NCBI GenBank assembly: GCA_016906335.1
Contig: JADEYG010000002.1
Span: 1,550,001 to 1,614,000 of the forward strand
DNA from: Novakomyces olei
Taxonomy: Eukaryota
Reading direction: 5' to 3'
Length of the DNA: 64,000 nucleotides
Positions 13,698 to 27,177 of the stretch are shown here, one piece after another (positions within the stretch are counted from its first letter, which is position 1; every line of letters starts with the position of its first letter). The position numbers and the translations under genes are program-made. The notes beneath the pieces were generated by a model. It did not search any database. It saw only the letters and a list, made by a program, of their open reading frames with translations, and was not told the origin of the DNA.

Positions 13698-14485
13698 TCA
13701 CGAGACCGATTTAAGCTTTGCCGTAGCCCTAACGAGAAGCTTCCCCTGTAAATCTGTGAGGTTTGCGTGTACCACTTTTCTCCTCCGCTGCCAGTTAGCA
13801 GTTAGCCAAGACGGGCACCATACATCTAAGCGTGCGCTTATAACGACGGTACGATGGGCAAACGTTGGAGCCCTGTACTGAAGGTCGAGATTGTCTATAC
13901 GTAGGGACGCATGCGGACTCGTGACGGCAGCCTGCCGTTTAGCAATTCCAGGCACAAAAAACAAACGATTATTAACTAAACAGCACAATAAATAAAATAA
14001 ATAAAATAAATAAATTAAATAAATTAAATAAATTAAATTAAATAAATAAATTAAATTAAATAAATTACCAACTGGTTAGTAGCGTCAGTTATCAGAATGG
14101 CCAACAGTCCGCCGTGTGCAACTGTCCGGAACCCACACAGCCGCTCGCCAATGTGCACAAACGACACGATCTCGTCACGCTTTGGTGCATAGTAAACCTT
14201 TGGCCGAACCAGCAGTTTGCCAATACCCTGCAGAACCGTGTTTGTCATTCGGCTCGGCGGTAGAGTCTCTAACTCCATAAATTCTGCACTCTGCGCGTAC
14301 TCGTGGATCTGCCGCGTCGCCTGAAACGCCTCCCTCACCTCGTGGACATAGGTCCGCTCAGCGTCGCTTCCGGGGATCGGCAGCGGTTTAGGCGCGTGTA
14401 ATATGGGGATATGAACGAACGCCAGCCCGAACCCGGTAGCGGCGCCGAGCGAGCACGACAGCAGTATACGCCTCACGCGGCTCAT
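13698..14485 (-). CDS. Hot-dog fold thioesterase-superfamily protein (Fmp10/THEM4-like, probably mitochondrial), 2 exons
   Basis: HIGERLCGFRTVAHGGLLA motif; second exon NLDLQYRAPT..VVI..RRKVVHANLTDLQGKLLVRATA; basic N-terminus followed by a hydrophobic segment. Confidence 0.8.
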
Positions 14486-14850
14486 ACGTAAAAGTGCATC
14501 CTGACGGCCACCGTGTTTGTTGCGCAAAGATGGCCTTTGCCACGGCAATAATCCGGCGCGTTATATTCACGGGGCCCGTGAATTCATTAAATATTGATAA
14601 ATGTAGTTGTATTAAGCATTGAAATAATATAAATGAAATAATATTAATTAAACATTAATATAATGTAAATGTAGATATTAATTTAAACATAACATCAATA
14701 TTGATAAATGTAATAAATTGAACATTAATAAAATATAAATCTAATATTATTCCACATTAAAAAAATATAACTGTAATATTAATTAGATATTAATATAAAT
14801 GATGTATTAAATTTAGCCTTTATCGCACAATAGACGTCGAATAGAAAGGC

Positions 14851-16930
14851 ATGAAAGCGTTTGCGTCGACACTGTGTCCCGATTTGGGGTCGTCTATACC
14901 CGCGGACACGCCGCACGCCGTGTCCACAAGTCTTCCTACTTGGTCGGCCAATGTAGGGTACGAGAAGGGGGAAGATTGGGTTGTTAAAAAGATGAAAAAT
15001 GGATACCCACGGTACGTACTGATGATTGTTGATAAGGCCACGTCTAACCATTCTCAGGTTTTTCATTCATCCAGTCATCGTAGAGGTATGCCGACTATTC
15101 TGCACTTTACATATTTTAGTTTATTTTAATTTTTTCAGCTTTAATTTGTTAGTTTTAATTTGTTGGTTTTACATTTCAGGTTTATTTTTTGTCAAATCAC
15201 TTAACAATTGAAGCTAAAAGACGTTCTTCTCGAACTGTTTTCCTCCGCCGGCCATGCTGAAGACGGCATGCTATTCCCCTCGCGATCAGGTGCCTTGAGC
15301 TGTAAAAATTTCATACTGGCACAAGCACCAGACGATTTGAAACCGTTGGCAGCAAAATCGATTCGGATCGTTGGACTAGAGGAGACCGGCAAGATGTGGG
15401 CTGAAGGACCAAACAAGTTCCCTGATCTGTATCTGATCATCTTTGCTGCTGAACTTTTCCCGTACGCTAAACTGTTTTGGCAGCATAGTGGAGAGGGAAT
15501 ATCGAGCCGCCGTGCTGAGGCTTTTCTTGCCGCTTACAAAAAGGCACTTGAGCAACGACGGCTTGCCGCCTCTGGAGATGGTATAGTAAAGATGAATAGA
15601 AACAAACATTACGCGAACAAACATTACGCCAAGGCAGTCTCTGAAGCGTCTAGTGAAGCGCAGGGAGAGGGTAAAAAAATCGATGCTCTTTCACGAGAGC
15701 AGGCCATCTACTTGGAAGAGCGCTATGGACGTAATCTCGATACTTCTCTGGAAAACCTGGCTAAAGTCGCCCTGCGCCGACGCATTGCGGGCACTCTCAA
15801 GGAGGAAGTAGGCCTTACCGATGCTCTCCTTGATGCACCCGCCTCTGACGCGTCGAATATCCGATCTGTACATGGACTCACGGAAAATGACGTCTATCTC
15901 TATAGCTGTGGAATGAATGCGATTTACCATAGTCATCAGCTGTTGCTACAACTACGGGGCCAATTGAAATCCGTCTGCTTTGGATTCTGCTATATTGATA
16001 CGCTTAAAATCTTGCAAAAATTTGGTCCGGGTGTTTATTTCTACGCTTCCGGATTAGATGACGAGATTACGGAGCTTGAGACTTTACTCCAATCAGGCGA
16101 ACGTGTCCTCGCCCTGTTTTGTGAGATACCTAGTAATCCACTTTTACGCACGTGCAACCTCAAACGGCTGCGCGCGTTGGCTGACAAGTTTGATTTTCCC
16201 ATTGTCGTTGATGAGACGATTGGCAATTTTATGAATGTACAGGTGTTGCCCTTTGCCGATATGGTTGTAAGCAGCCTAACCAAAGTCTTTTCAGGGGACA
16301 GTAATGTTATGGGTGGAAGGTATGAAGCCGCGACTGACTCGTGTACTAATAACCAGCTTGATCTTAAACCCGTGTGGCAAGTATTACACGGGCCTCAAAC
16401 AGATTCTTGATAACGCGTACGAGGACAATTATTGGGCTGAAGATGCGCTTACAATGGAGCGCAATAGTCGCGATTTCATTGGGCGGATCGCAAAGATCAA
16501 TCAAAACGCAGAAATGATTGCCGAACTACTGCGGTCAGATCCACGGAGTAAGTCATGTTGCAGCAAGTATTTGCGTACTAACAAACGACTAGTCAAGGAT
16601 GTCTATTACCCAAAGTATTCGTCTACTCTGCCCAATTACGAAATGATAAAGGCCCCAGGAGGCGGGTACGGTGGGCTTTTGTCTGTGGTTTTTAATGACC
16701 CAAAAGTTGCTGTGCAAGTGTATGACCGTATTGAGACGGCCAAAGGACCCAGTCTGGGCACAAACTTTACGCTCGTTTCCCCGTACACTCTCCTAGCTCA
16801 TTTTTGCGAACTGGACTGGGCAGAGAGTCACGGTGTGGACCGGAACCTTGTGCGTATTAGCGTGGGCCTAGAGCCGCCGGACGTTTTACGGAAATTGTTC
16901 AGGGAAGCTCTCGATGCCTCGGAAGCCTAG
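14851..16930 (+). CDS. STR2: Cystathionine gamma-synthase (Cys/Met metabolism PLP enzyme), multi-exon
   Basis: [79 protein letters not shown]. Confidence 0.93.
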
Positions 16931-17422
16931 ACGAAAGGCCAGTTTTTTTAAAATGGCGTGCCAAGGACCGCCTATTGTTCAATGTAGAAATATGTCTATA
17001 CCTAGTCAATATCAAAAGTGGTTTTGTACTGGACGCGATTGCTTTTTCTAGAATAAAGCTCCCCGTGAGGCCCGACAACTTGGCTTTTCTCCATAATTAC
17101 GCCCGTCTATTGTTCGATCATAAAAGCCATGAAATAAAACTATACGGTAATCATAAATAATAGTAAAATAATTAGTTAATATTAGTAGAATAGAAATATT
17201 TATATAATTTATATAAATGTTATACAAATATTGTACAAATATTTCACAAATAATTACAAAATTATACAGTGAAAATATATATCAAATTAGTGTAAAAACT
17301 ACTATATTCACATACTGTATACACTATTTCTATACAGATTCATGCTTAACCCACCACATAATATCATCGCCGCCTGTAAAAAAATTGAAATGAACTCGGG
17401 CTCGGCTTGAGATCCGTTTCAA

Positions 17423-17693
17423 ATGGTCGCCTTGATAGCGCAAAGTAGCCCCGATGGGGCTGCTGCAGAGGATCAGTCTTCTGTCCCCGTAAAGCCGGAA
17501 AAACTGGCTCAGAATTCAGCACAATTAGATGATATTGTTCTCTCGCGAAACATGTTTCGAATGTACACTTTAAAAGCACTGGATGATAAAAAGCGGGTGA
17601 GTCTGACTTCTTTATTGATTGATTGACTGCTTTTTTGATTGTTTGACTAGTTTTTTTGATTGTTTGAGTGTTTTATTTTTTTGACTGATTGAC

Positions 17694-17734
<41 letters not shown>

Positions 17735-19625
17735 TTTTTATTTTTTATTTTTTATTTTTGATTATTGATTTATTATTATTTCTTTTTTGATTTTATTGAT
17801 TAATTTTTTTAATTGTTTGGTGTTTGAGCTATTGACTGCTTTTGATTGTCTCTATATTCTAACACGCTCTGCTTAGGGCGACTGTTCAGCATACTATGAG
17901 CTGCAAAACCAGTTTACAATAGACCCTTCGCTCCCCGATGCGCCTACAACAGCGCATTTGCAGAGTCTGCTGCTGGCGCTGATGTACGATATTTCCCGGG
18001 TCGATGCTGCGTGCTGTGACCTCGTGTCGAGTATACTGGGCTGCCTTTGGATCGGCCGTAGTGAAGAGTTTGTGGGCACGTTTATCCGCTTTTTGGGCAC
18101 ATTGACGAGTGCCCATACGTCGTACAGCCACATGGTCCTGCGAAGCCTGGTGTCCTACTTTGGCTATGTCGCCAAGCGCGAGCTGTTTGTGGCCGCGCCA
18201 CCAGTATCGCGGGAGACTGCTCAGACAAGGGCACATGTGGCCATTCAGTATATACTGGAGCTCGTCCCGAGCTCCAGGTCGCTGCTCTACCCTATTCTGG
18301 TGCGAGAGTACCCACACAAATCGGAGCCGCTGCGTGTGCAGTCGAGCTATGTAATGAACCTGCTGCGTATTGCGGAGATGATACCCCATTTTCGAGGTCA
18401 GATACTGTGCCTTGTGATTGAAAAAATAATACAGATAGACGTAGAAATCCAGGTCGAGCTGGACGATCTGCCTGACGCTGATCAATTGCTGCCTGCCGAG
18501 TTTAGAGGCGAGGCGGGTGGCCCTGCTGATGCAGATACGAGCTCTGCCACTGCCAAAGTACTGGCGGCACTCTCAACTGGGTTTGATGACGAAGCAGAGG
18601 TTTCTGCCACAGTTTCTGGAGCTACTGCAGTTGCTGGAGTTGCTGATGGAGACAGTGTAGTAGAGGACAGCGACTCTGACTCGGGCCCGAGCAAAGAGGC
18701 TATTGTGAAAAACGTAAAGCAGCTCGTAATGAAGCTCGATGTAATGATGTGCCAGGTCTTTGAGTACCTGCAAAAGCTCTTTTGTCCCGGATCCGATGCG
18801 GCCGATGTGGTCTTTGACTACTTGATGAGTGCGTTTACGAGTACAGTGCTGTCGACGTTTAGGTCGAGGTACACTCAGTTTATACTGTTTTGGGTCAGCC
18901 AGCTGGACAGCAATTACACAGACATCTTTCTGGGCACAATAACAGAGATTGCCCTCGACCCCGCTCGGCCCAGGGCTCTGCGTATAATAGCAGACATGTA
19001 TATAGGCAGCTACGTAGCTCGGGCAAAGACGCTCGGCCGCAGTACAACGAGGGTCGTTGTCAGTATGCTGGTGCGCTGGGTGGAAGCTTACTTGGACGGA
19101 CGCGAGTTTGAAGTAGAGACTGTGGAGGACGAGATGCTGGCCCGCTATGGTCCTTTTTACGGAGTCTGCCAGGCACTTTTCTACGTGTTTTGTTTCCGCT
19201 GGCGAGATTTGCAAGGCGCCGACGACGAATTAGAGCCAGAGGATTCGGAGGCAGCTGCCGCTAACGGTGACTGGATGCCGGGCATTGAAATATTCCACCG
19301 TGCTATCCTGTCTCGACTGAACCCTCTAAAGTACTGCTCAGCCATTGTCGTCCGGCAGTTTGCCATGACTACAGAGCACTTTCACCTGCTTTACTGTAAG
19401 AGCAAAATTGAACAAAACGAGCGGTCTATCCGTGCACGAAATGAGGAGATTCTAAACATTGATTCCTACTTTCCCTTTGACCCATACCAGCTGAGTCTGT
19501 CAAAGGGGCTCATTGATGAAGTGTACAATACTTGGGAACGGCCTCCGGGTATGGATGACGAGGAGGAGGACGAGGCTGAGGACGAGGAGGCTGAGGACGA
19601 TGAATTTGATGATATGGAGTACTAG
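17423..19625 (+). CDS. RRN3: RNA polymerase I initiation factor Rrn3; intron 17597-17876
   Basis: EYPHK, IEKIIQIDVEIQ, KLDVMM, SRYTQFILFW, FYGVCQALFYVFCFRWRDL, LNPLKYC, YFPFDPYQL. Confidence 0.96.
17684..17733. repeat. (GATT)n microsatellite in the RRN3 intron
   Basis: Directly visible. Confidence 0.9.
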
Positions 19626-20004
19626 CGTTGTGGGTGTATTACTGTTTTACTATAATTGCTGCTTTACTATAATTGATAAACAATATGATATTTTAGAATT
19701 ACCATTTATTCACAAAGGCGTAGAAACATCTAAGCTTTTATTGATATTCACTATTTGCAATGTATCAAGATAATTTACAAAGCTTTCGGCAGACTACTCA
19801 ACCTATGGAACAAGGATCGGTCTGCGTTTGCCATTATTTTGCATTTGTTTTTCTTTTTTAATTTTATTTCCATTCATCCCTTATGTCCCCAAAATTTTAT
19901 CCTTTCCATTGGTCCTTGTCTTGACATTTTATCCTTTCCACTGGTCCTTGTCTTGACATTTTATCCTTTTGCCTGCCTTTACTATTTATTCCCTACGCTA
20001 CCCC

Positions 20005-22526
20005 CTACTCCTCGCCCTCGGCTTTATGGACAATAAACTGGTGCAGACCTTTACCCGCCGGAACCATTGGGTACACGTGCTCCTTGGGCGTGACCATAAC
20101 CTCCATCAGCACGGGCCCATCCTTGTAGGCGAGAAACTCTTTCATTTTTGATTCAAGTTGGCTTATATCCGTCAGCTTCATCCCCTTTACGCCCATACTC
20201 TCCGCCATACGAGGAAAGTCAGGGTTTTTCTGGTGAGTGTGAGCGTACCTCCGCTCATAAAACAGCGTCTGCCACTGCGTCACCATCCCTTGCTCCTCGT
20301 TGTTTAAAAGCAGGATTTTTACAGGGATATTGAACTGTGCAGCGGTGGCCAGCTCCATGCCTGTCATACTAAAAGAGGCATCGCCATCAATATCAATGAC
20401 AATATGATCAGGTCTGGCCACCTGAGCTCCAATTGCTGCCGGCAATCCAAACCCCATTGTCCCCAATCCGCCAGACGTGACAAACGTCCTCGGAGTCTGC
20501 CAGCGGAAGAACTGGGCCGCCCACATTTGGTGCTGTCCCACACCAGTAGCAATTGTTACCTTGTCCTTTATACCCTCCGTCTGCCGAGACAGCTCGGCAA
20601 CAACCTGCTGCGGTTTGAGCAGCTCTCCCGGCCGAGTAGGCGTATACGTGAAGGGGAACCGTTTCTTCCAGTCCGCAATCTGAGCAAACCACTCTGGCCG
20701 CTCTGGCACTCGGTCCACGAGCGGCAGCAGCTGACGGAGGTTGTCTGTCACGTCTCCCTCTACTGCAAAAGTAGCCTGAACGACTTTGTTAATGTTCTTG
20801 GGCATTACTTCAAAGTGGACAATGCCTCCTCGGCCTTGCAAGGCAGCTGCCCTTGCCTGCGGAGCAAAAAGGCTCAGGCTCAGTGTTACACGGTCATCGA
20901 AACGGGCACCGAGAGCAATTATCAGGTCCGCCTCCTGCATGGCCAAGTTGGCATAGCCAGAGCCATGCATGCCCAGCATGTGCAGTGCTTTAGGATCGTG
21001 CTCGTCAAAGGCTCCGAGGCCTTGCAGTGTCGTAGTGACAGGGATACAGGCTCTTTTGGACAGCTCCTTCAAGAGCAAAGGGCCCTCGGGAGAGGCCAGA
21101 ATACCAGCACCCGCATAGATAACGGGCTTCTTTGCCACATTGACGAGTCGGGCCACGTTGGCGTACAGCCGCTGGAACTGCGAATCGGATTCAGTATTAT
21201 GAGCCACAGGTCCACGAGGGGTCTGTGGAATCACAGACTGAGTGGGGATTGGATCTCTCAGGATCGAGGCAGTTATATCCTTTGGCAAATCCACCAGAAC
21301 TGGGCCAGGGCGGCCGCTGGTGGCGATCTCAAAGGCCTCATTGATACGCCGAGGCAGTTCTGCCACGTCTTTTACCATAACATTCCACTTTGTACAGGCC
21401 CGGCTGATGCCAACTACATCGGCCTCCTGAAAGGCATCCGTGCCGATGGCAGACGTGGGCACCTGTCCGGTAAACACTACCATCGGCGTTCCGTCCGATA
21501 ACGCGTCCGCCATGGGGGTCACCACGTTCGTGGCTCCAGGCCCAGAAGTGACAAGGACTACGCCAGGCTTTCCCGTTACACGCGCATAGCCCTCTGCCAT
21601 ATGCCCGGCACCTTGCTCATGGCGAGGTAAAATGAATTCAAAATGCTTCGAGTTGTATATAGCATCAAAGACTGGGAGAATTGCACCGCCGGGGTACCCA
21701 AACACAGTGTCTACTCCCTGCCTTAGCATCATTTCGTGAAAGATCTGGCCTCCAGTAAGGCCCACCAGACTAGACAGTTAGAATTTGGTAGAGCAGTTTG
21801 AATTATAGATGACGATTGCAATAGGGGAACAAGCAGCAACGGCAAGAGACAGATAAAGTAAGGGAGAGAAGTAGAGGCAAAGAAGTAGAGCGAAAGAAGT
21901 AGAGGCAAGATAGTAGAGGCAAAATAGAGGGAAAGAAGTAAAGGCAAAAGCAGCAAAAAGAAAAGGAACAATCAAGAAAAAAAAACAGAGAAACGTAAAT
22001 GAATAATTAAAAAGTATTCAAGCGACAATGATGCCGGTATATGAAACTAGAAAAAAAACAATTGCTCCCTTACGAATCATCGAATTTCGGCGCATCTTTG
22101 GCGAGCGGGTACACTTCGTTACGTGATCCCGCTGGAGTCACTGTCTGATTGAAAGCTGGGCTTGGAATAGGCCGCGTACTACTGTATTAGCAAAAGCAGA
22201 TTGCTGACAAGAGCAGGCATAAGCCGCAAAAAGGACGCGCGCTAATACGCCACTTGAAAGAGTGATAAAGACGAATTTCTAGACATAATGTAGACGCATT
22301 GGTAGCCGGAATGACTGCATTCACGGTGCCAACATGGAGACAGACCGGTTACAAACGACCACGAAAAATCTCTTTACGAGCATAAAACTTACGTTACAGA
22401 AGCACTCTTTTTCGAACCGGTGGACAGAGCACGTCCGCCATTGCGAACGGCACTATAGTTCCTTAATGCAGGAGCGTTGAACCTGCGAGCGGCGCCACGC
22501 GCCGTCCGAGCAATCCTCAAAGCCAT
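20005..22526 (-). CDS. ILV2: Acetolactate synthase catalytic subunit, mitochondrial; at least 3 exons
   Basis: FGYPGGAILPVFD, RHEQGAGHMAEGYA, TSGPGATN, TPP-binding DIDGDASF..NN. Upstream exons give the presequence MALRIARTARGAARRF.. and RPIPSPAFN. Confidence 0.97.
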
Positions 22527-22664
22527 TTTCACTGCGTCCAAAGGCCAAACTGCAGCCAAAATAAATAAAATTATGTTTTTTATGTGAAGAAAATGCTTTT
22601 ATATATAGGACACTATTCGCTGATGTTTGCTGATGAACAAGTAAACGAATGTGCATACTGATGG

Positions 22665-22670
22665 TGACTC
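22665..22670. promoter_or_regulatory. Gcn4/Cpc1-type site TGACTC upstream of ILV2, with a TATA-like element near 22600
   Basis: TGACTC lies about 140 bp upstream of the ILV2 ATG and upstream of TATATAAA on the minus strand. ILV2 is a classic general-control target in other fungi. Confidence 0.4.
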
Positions 22671-23306
22671 GGGCTATAATTATAATGCACTGTGATTATT
22701 ACACAAAAATACGGATTTAGTGTGGCAATATTGGTGCTTTTCTGGTACACGATTGTGACACAAGTTCAATACACAATTTCACTCCCACACAGCTCCGACC
22801 TGAAACTTTTTCTTATGCAAATATAACATTTTGGTCTTTAAATCACCAGCGCTAAAAATTGATTTGTTTTCTATTTGCCAAACAGTATCGGGCTCACGCG
22901 ACACATGACGTACAGATTGAAGGCTTTCCCGAGTCCAGACTTGGCTTTAGATTTTTGACGATAATTTCTTTACGCCTCCACTTTCTTATCGTTTCCTTCC
23001 ATTGACTACACACAAGTAATGTATCGTGTCTCAAAATGTATGGGAATTAAACATCAAAAGTTAAGCGATTTTTGGCGCGGCGATTAGATTATTATATCAT
23101 CCTCTGCCCGAAATATTTACGCGCTCGCTCAGTATAAGTGTTTGTCCCTTTTTGTCCTTATCTTTAATTTTTATATGTGCTACATTTTTATGTGCTTTTC
23201 AACAATTATTCAATTATTCAATTATTCAATTATTCAATTATTCAATTATTTTCAATAGCAGTTTACGTCGAATAAATATTAAATCCAACTAGTCAATGGG
23301 CAAACG

Positions 23307-23733
23307 ATGACGAGCAGGGAAAAGGCAAATCCAGAAAAGTTAAAGCCTAAAAAGGCTCAGAACAAGGCAGCCGATGATATTGACGATATCTTCAGTAAAC
23401 CAAAAGCTCAGGCTAAACCTAAAGTAGAAAAATCTGACGATTTACCAAAAAAACAATCAAGAGATGGCAAGCCCAATGTCGTAAAGACAACTGCCTCCAG
23501 TAAACGAGCGCAAGAGGGCGAAAAATCTGTATTTGAAGACGACTTGTTTACAGATCTCAAAGGCTCCCAAAAGCGTAAGCTGCAAAAATGTTGCTTGCAA
23601 GTACACAAGACTAATGCGTACAGGGAAGAAAACAGAAGAGGGATGGAACGTTTACTCTGAAGACGAACTGAGACTCAACAAAGAGGGCGGAGACACGCCG
23701 CAGTGCCCCTTTGACTGCCAATGCTGTTTTTAA
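23307..23733 (+). CDS. DUF1764 family small protein, at least 2 exons (start uncertain)
   Basis: DIDDIF, then after the intron KTEEGWNVYSEDELRLNKEGGDTPQCPFDCQCCF*. Confidence 0.9.
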
Positions 23734-23950
23734 ACTACAAACCCCAAAGTGCATAGTCATTGAGAGAGGGGTGCTATGAGGGACAAAACGAGAACATTAC
23801 TCTCGAGAAAACGTAGTTGAAGAGAAACATAATTGAAGGAGAAACATAATTGAAGAGAAACATGATTGAAGAGAAACACTATTATTGGGTATCTATGACG
23901 CGAATGATTGTCTATACCTGTGGCGTCTCAGTATCCGACAAGCAAAAGTT

Positions 23951-26873
23951 CTATTTCAATCCTGCCAGGCCGAATCGGCCTGTACCAAGACCAGATTGCC
24001 TGTCAGTTTGCAGCCCAGACGAAAAATCGTTCAATGTCAGCATTTGGTCTACTCTTGCTTTACGCAACTTGTCCATAATCTCTTGCGTCTTGAGCAGGAC
24101 CGCAGCCGTTAAAACATGCAATTGGCTTCCCTCAATGCTGGTCTCAAATAGTCTGGCAGTATACTCGTGCGTCTCAAACAGCTGTTTAGATAGATGCATG
24201 TCGATGATTTCCTCTGGCACTGCCTCCAACATCGTAAGCAGTCCAAAGACAAGCGATTCGTGAAACGTCTGCTCCTCTGAATCGTCTTTTACGCTTCTCA
24301 TTGAAAACAAAACTGTCCAGACTTCGCCCACGACCGACGCAAAATCTGGGGGTGGAGCCGTTGCCAACAGGTTGACCGTGATGCACAACACTTTTATGAG
24401 AAAGGTTACAAATAACGGTTCAAAAAGCGCAGACTGGCCAAAACTAGAATGCCATTTAATGTTAGTTTGAATCAGTAATGAAAGACTGTCCCATTACCTG
24501 TATCTCAGTGTAGTCCACCATTCAGAGACTATCGGTTCAAGTAAGGCTTGCACCGCAACCGACGTGAGCCGATTAGCTTTCGGCCTTACGCGGAGAGCCT
24601 CGATTTGCGGACGCTTTGAAAACCTTCGTACCTGCAGCACTTTGGGTCCAGCTAATGCTTCCTGTGAGGACTCTGCCACTGGCTGAATTTTTGCCAGTTT
24701 CATGTGATTAGTCAATTCATCAACTTCATTCAAGAACGCACTGTGAAGCCTTGCACTTGGCAAGGCAGCACTGGCCTTCTTAGCCGGGCCCTCGTCTTTT
24801 TCCAGCCCGGCCAAGTGCCGTACGGCTACGCCAACAGCCGACAACATTATTATCCGCTGATGCTGAGATATCGAATTGCTGAAAATCGTGGAAACGACGT
24901 GCGGCCCAGACTGTTCTGGCAACGCCACCAGGATCCTTACCACGCTTTCGTGTCGAAGGCCATCAAAGTTTGGTATGTCGTAATTGTCACGGAGATTGAG
25001 CAGAGTATCCAGCAATTGCTGTACCTGCTCTTTAAGCTCAGACCCATAGTCGGCTTTGGCTCTTATCAAGTCTGGTGCGGCGCCCAGAGCAATTTCTTGT
25101 GGATCGTACGAGTCTTCCTTGAGCATAGAGATAAGTTGCTGAATATACAAAGGCTTGCTCCATTTTTTACGCGACCTATCGATTCCAGGATCATCGTCAG
25201 AGTCTTCAGCATCGGAATCTGGCAGCAGATAGGGTGTTTCAGAGGCAACATCGGACGACTTTGCCTGCATCGTGATGGAAGACTCTTGGAGCAGGCTTTC
25301 GTCTTTCTGTATTTCAGTCGTGCCGCTGCCAAGATTCTTGCCATTTCTTTGCGCCAATGAGCTGGCTAGAGCAGAAAAGTCGCTGGCGCTTGCCGGGGTA
25401 AAAGACGTTTTACTGATTGTTTTCATAAAATTTGCCTTGGCAGAATTTGCCTGGGGCACATTAAATTTGAGCTTTTGCTTCTCCGGCAGATCAGATCTTT
25501 CACTGACCGCCTCACCGACGTATAGAGCAAGCACCTTTGTCTGGTCAGAAAGAGCGCTTAGTCTGTGTGAGATTCCTTCGGTCATGGACCGACAAGACAT
25601 CAAGTCAAGGCACTCAGCTGCTGAGCAGTAAGCAACAAAACCGAGAAGAACCTCCGTCAGCACTTGCTGTTCATCGGCCGAGGAGCGTGCGATATACGTC
25701 TTGGAACTCCATATCCCAAGCAGTTCATTCAATGTTTGCATGAATTGAGGGCGACTGCAGGATTCTTATACGTTAGCCACGTGGATTAATACATAAAAAT
25801 AAGAATAAAAAAAAAACAAACAAACAAACAAACAAATATTTGATAGTGCTCATCAAATACTCTTTTTCTTTAATACCTTTGTAAGCGAGAATGATGGATT
25901 GCAGTGTCGGGAGCTGTAAACTGGTAAAATTTGTCAGTGTAAAGAAAAGCTGTAGCACATCTCTGGAAAACGCGTCCCTAATAAAAGCAGAAAGAGAGGG
26001 CACAACGGCATTTGCCGTCTCCACCATTTCCTCATGATAGTCACCTGTACGACTACCGTAAGCCCTTACGTACTCCTTGTCGATATGTGTAATGGCAAAG
26101 CCTAAAAACTTTGACATTGACGAGATGCGGATATGGGAAAATACATCGTGCAAACTGCCATACTTTCCCTGTACCTGTGCATCAACCAGCACCTGTACGA
26201 CTGTGTCGCCGTACCCCAAAGCCAAAAGCCTATCGACCAGACTTGCGTATGCTTTTGTCCCCTCATTACCCTCGCGGGACAAGGCTTCCACGATCATGAC
26301 AGTCAGCCGGCGGCTATACTCAAGCCCGTTGGTGATCCATAAATCGTCAAATTTATCGGTTGATTTCTGCTTTGCAGCCACGGCAGCACGACCAGCAAAA
26401 GTCGAGAGACGCCCACCAGCGAGTAGATTAACCAGCTCATTCCAAAGTATATTCCCTTGGCTACTGCCTTGCAGCGAGCTAGAAACAATCTCAATCACAG
26501 AACTGCCATCTCTGCGATACTCCAGCAAATCTTGAAGGCAGAGCAGGTAGATAGCCGCGGAGGCAAGACCGTTCTCAGAGTCTACAGATTCCTGTAGACT
26601 CAGCACCAATGCCCCTATGGCGGCCACAGAGCAGAGATCACGGATCAAGCGTCCACCTTCTTTTCTTGCACGAAGCTCCGGGTAAACGTGCGGCACCACA
26701 TTGCTAGTAATTGCATGCAAAGCACGTGTGCTCGTTGCCGTTGGCTCAAGGATAGAAGGGTACAGTCTGTCGAGTAAGGTTAAAGCTGTTTCTGGCTCAA
26801 GTGGGCCGTTCAATTCACCAAGCAAGCCATCAATAATATGTCCATCTCCCGTCCCAGTCATAAGCCCGCTCAA
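23951..26873 (-). CDS. TEL2: Tel2 (TTT complex, PIKK chaperone), 3 exons; start uncertain (ATG at 26861 or an upstream exon)
   Basis: EGISHRLS, acidic PDSDAEDSDDDP, KPLYIQQLISML, ALGAAPDLIRAKA.YGSELKE, LLNLRDNYD..NF. Confidence 0.9.
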
Positions 26874-27177
26874 TATCGCACGCGTACTCGGGGCATGACA
26901 AAATAATGAAACAAATAATTAGAAAATAATTAGAAAATAATTAGAAAATAATTAGAAAATAATTGAAAAATAATTGGAAAACAATTAAAAAATAATCAAA
27001 ACTAGGGTTAGTTAGGGCTTACTAGAGTTTCAAATAAAATGCTTTTGGCCGAGTAGGCGAGATTGTGGTTGGATTATATTATTGTATCATATAATCTTAA
27101 TTTTTTCCTTTGACAAGGACATTGGGGCGATGCGGTGTCGAGAGGAGTTATAAAGGCGGCGAACAGAGTCAAGCACG

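Noticed and set aside
20404-21501. 365-aa + strand ORF, and similar long antisense ORFs over RRN3, TEL2 and TRS120
   Set aside because: Antisense shadows of well-conserved genes; no recognisable motifs.
22179-22392. TPP riboswitch in an intron of the TPP-dependent enzyme ILV2
   Set aside because: The conserved CUGAGA and AACUUGAU..UAAU..GCG aptamer elements were not found.
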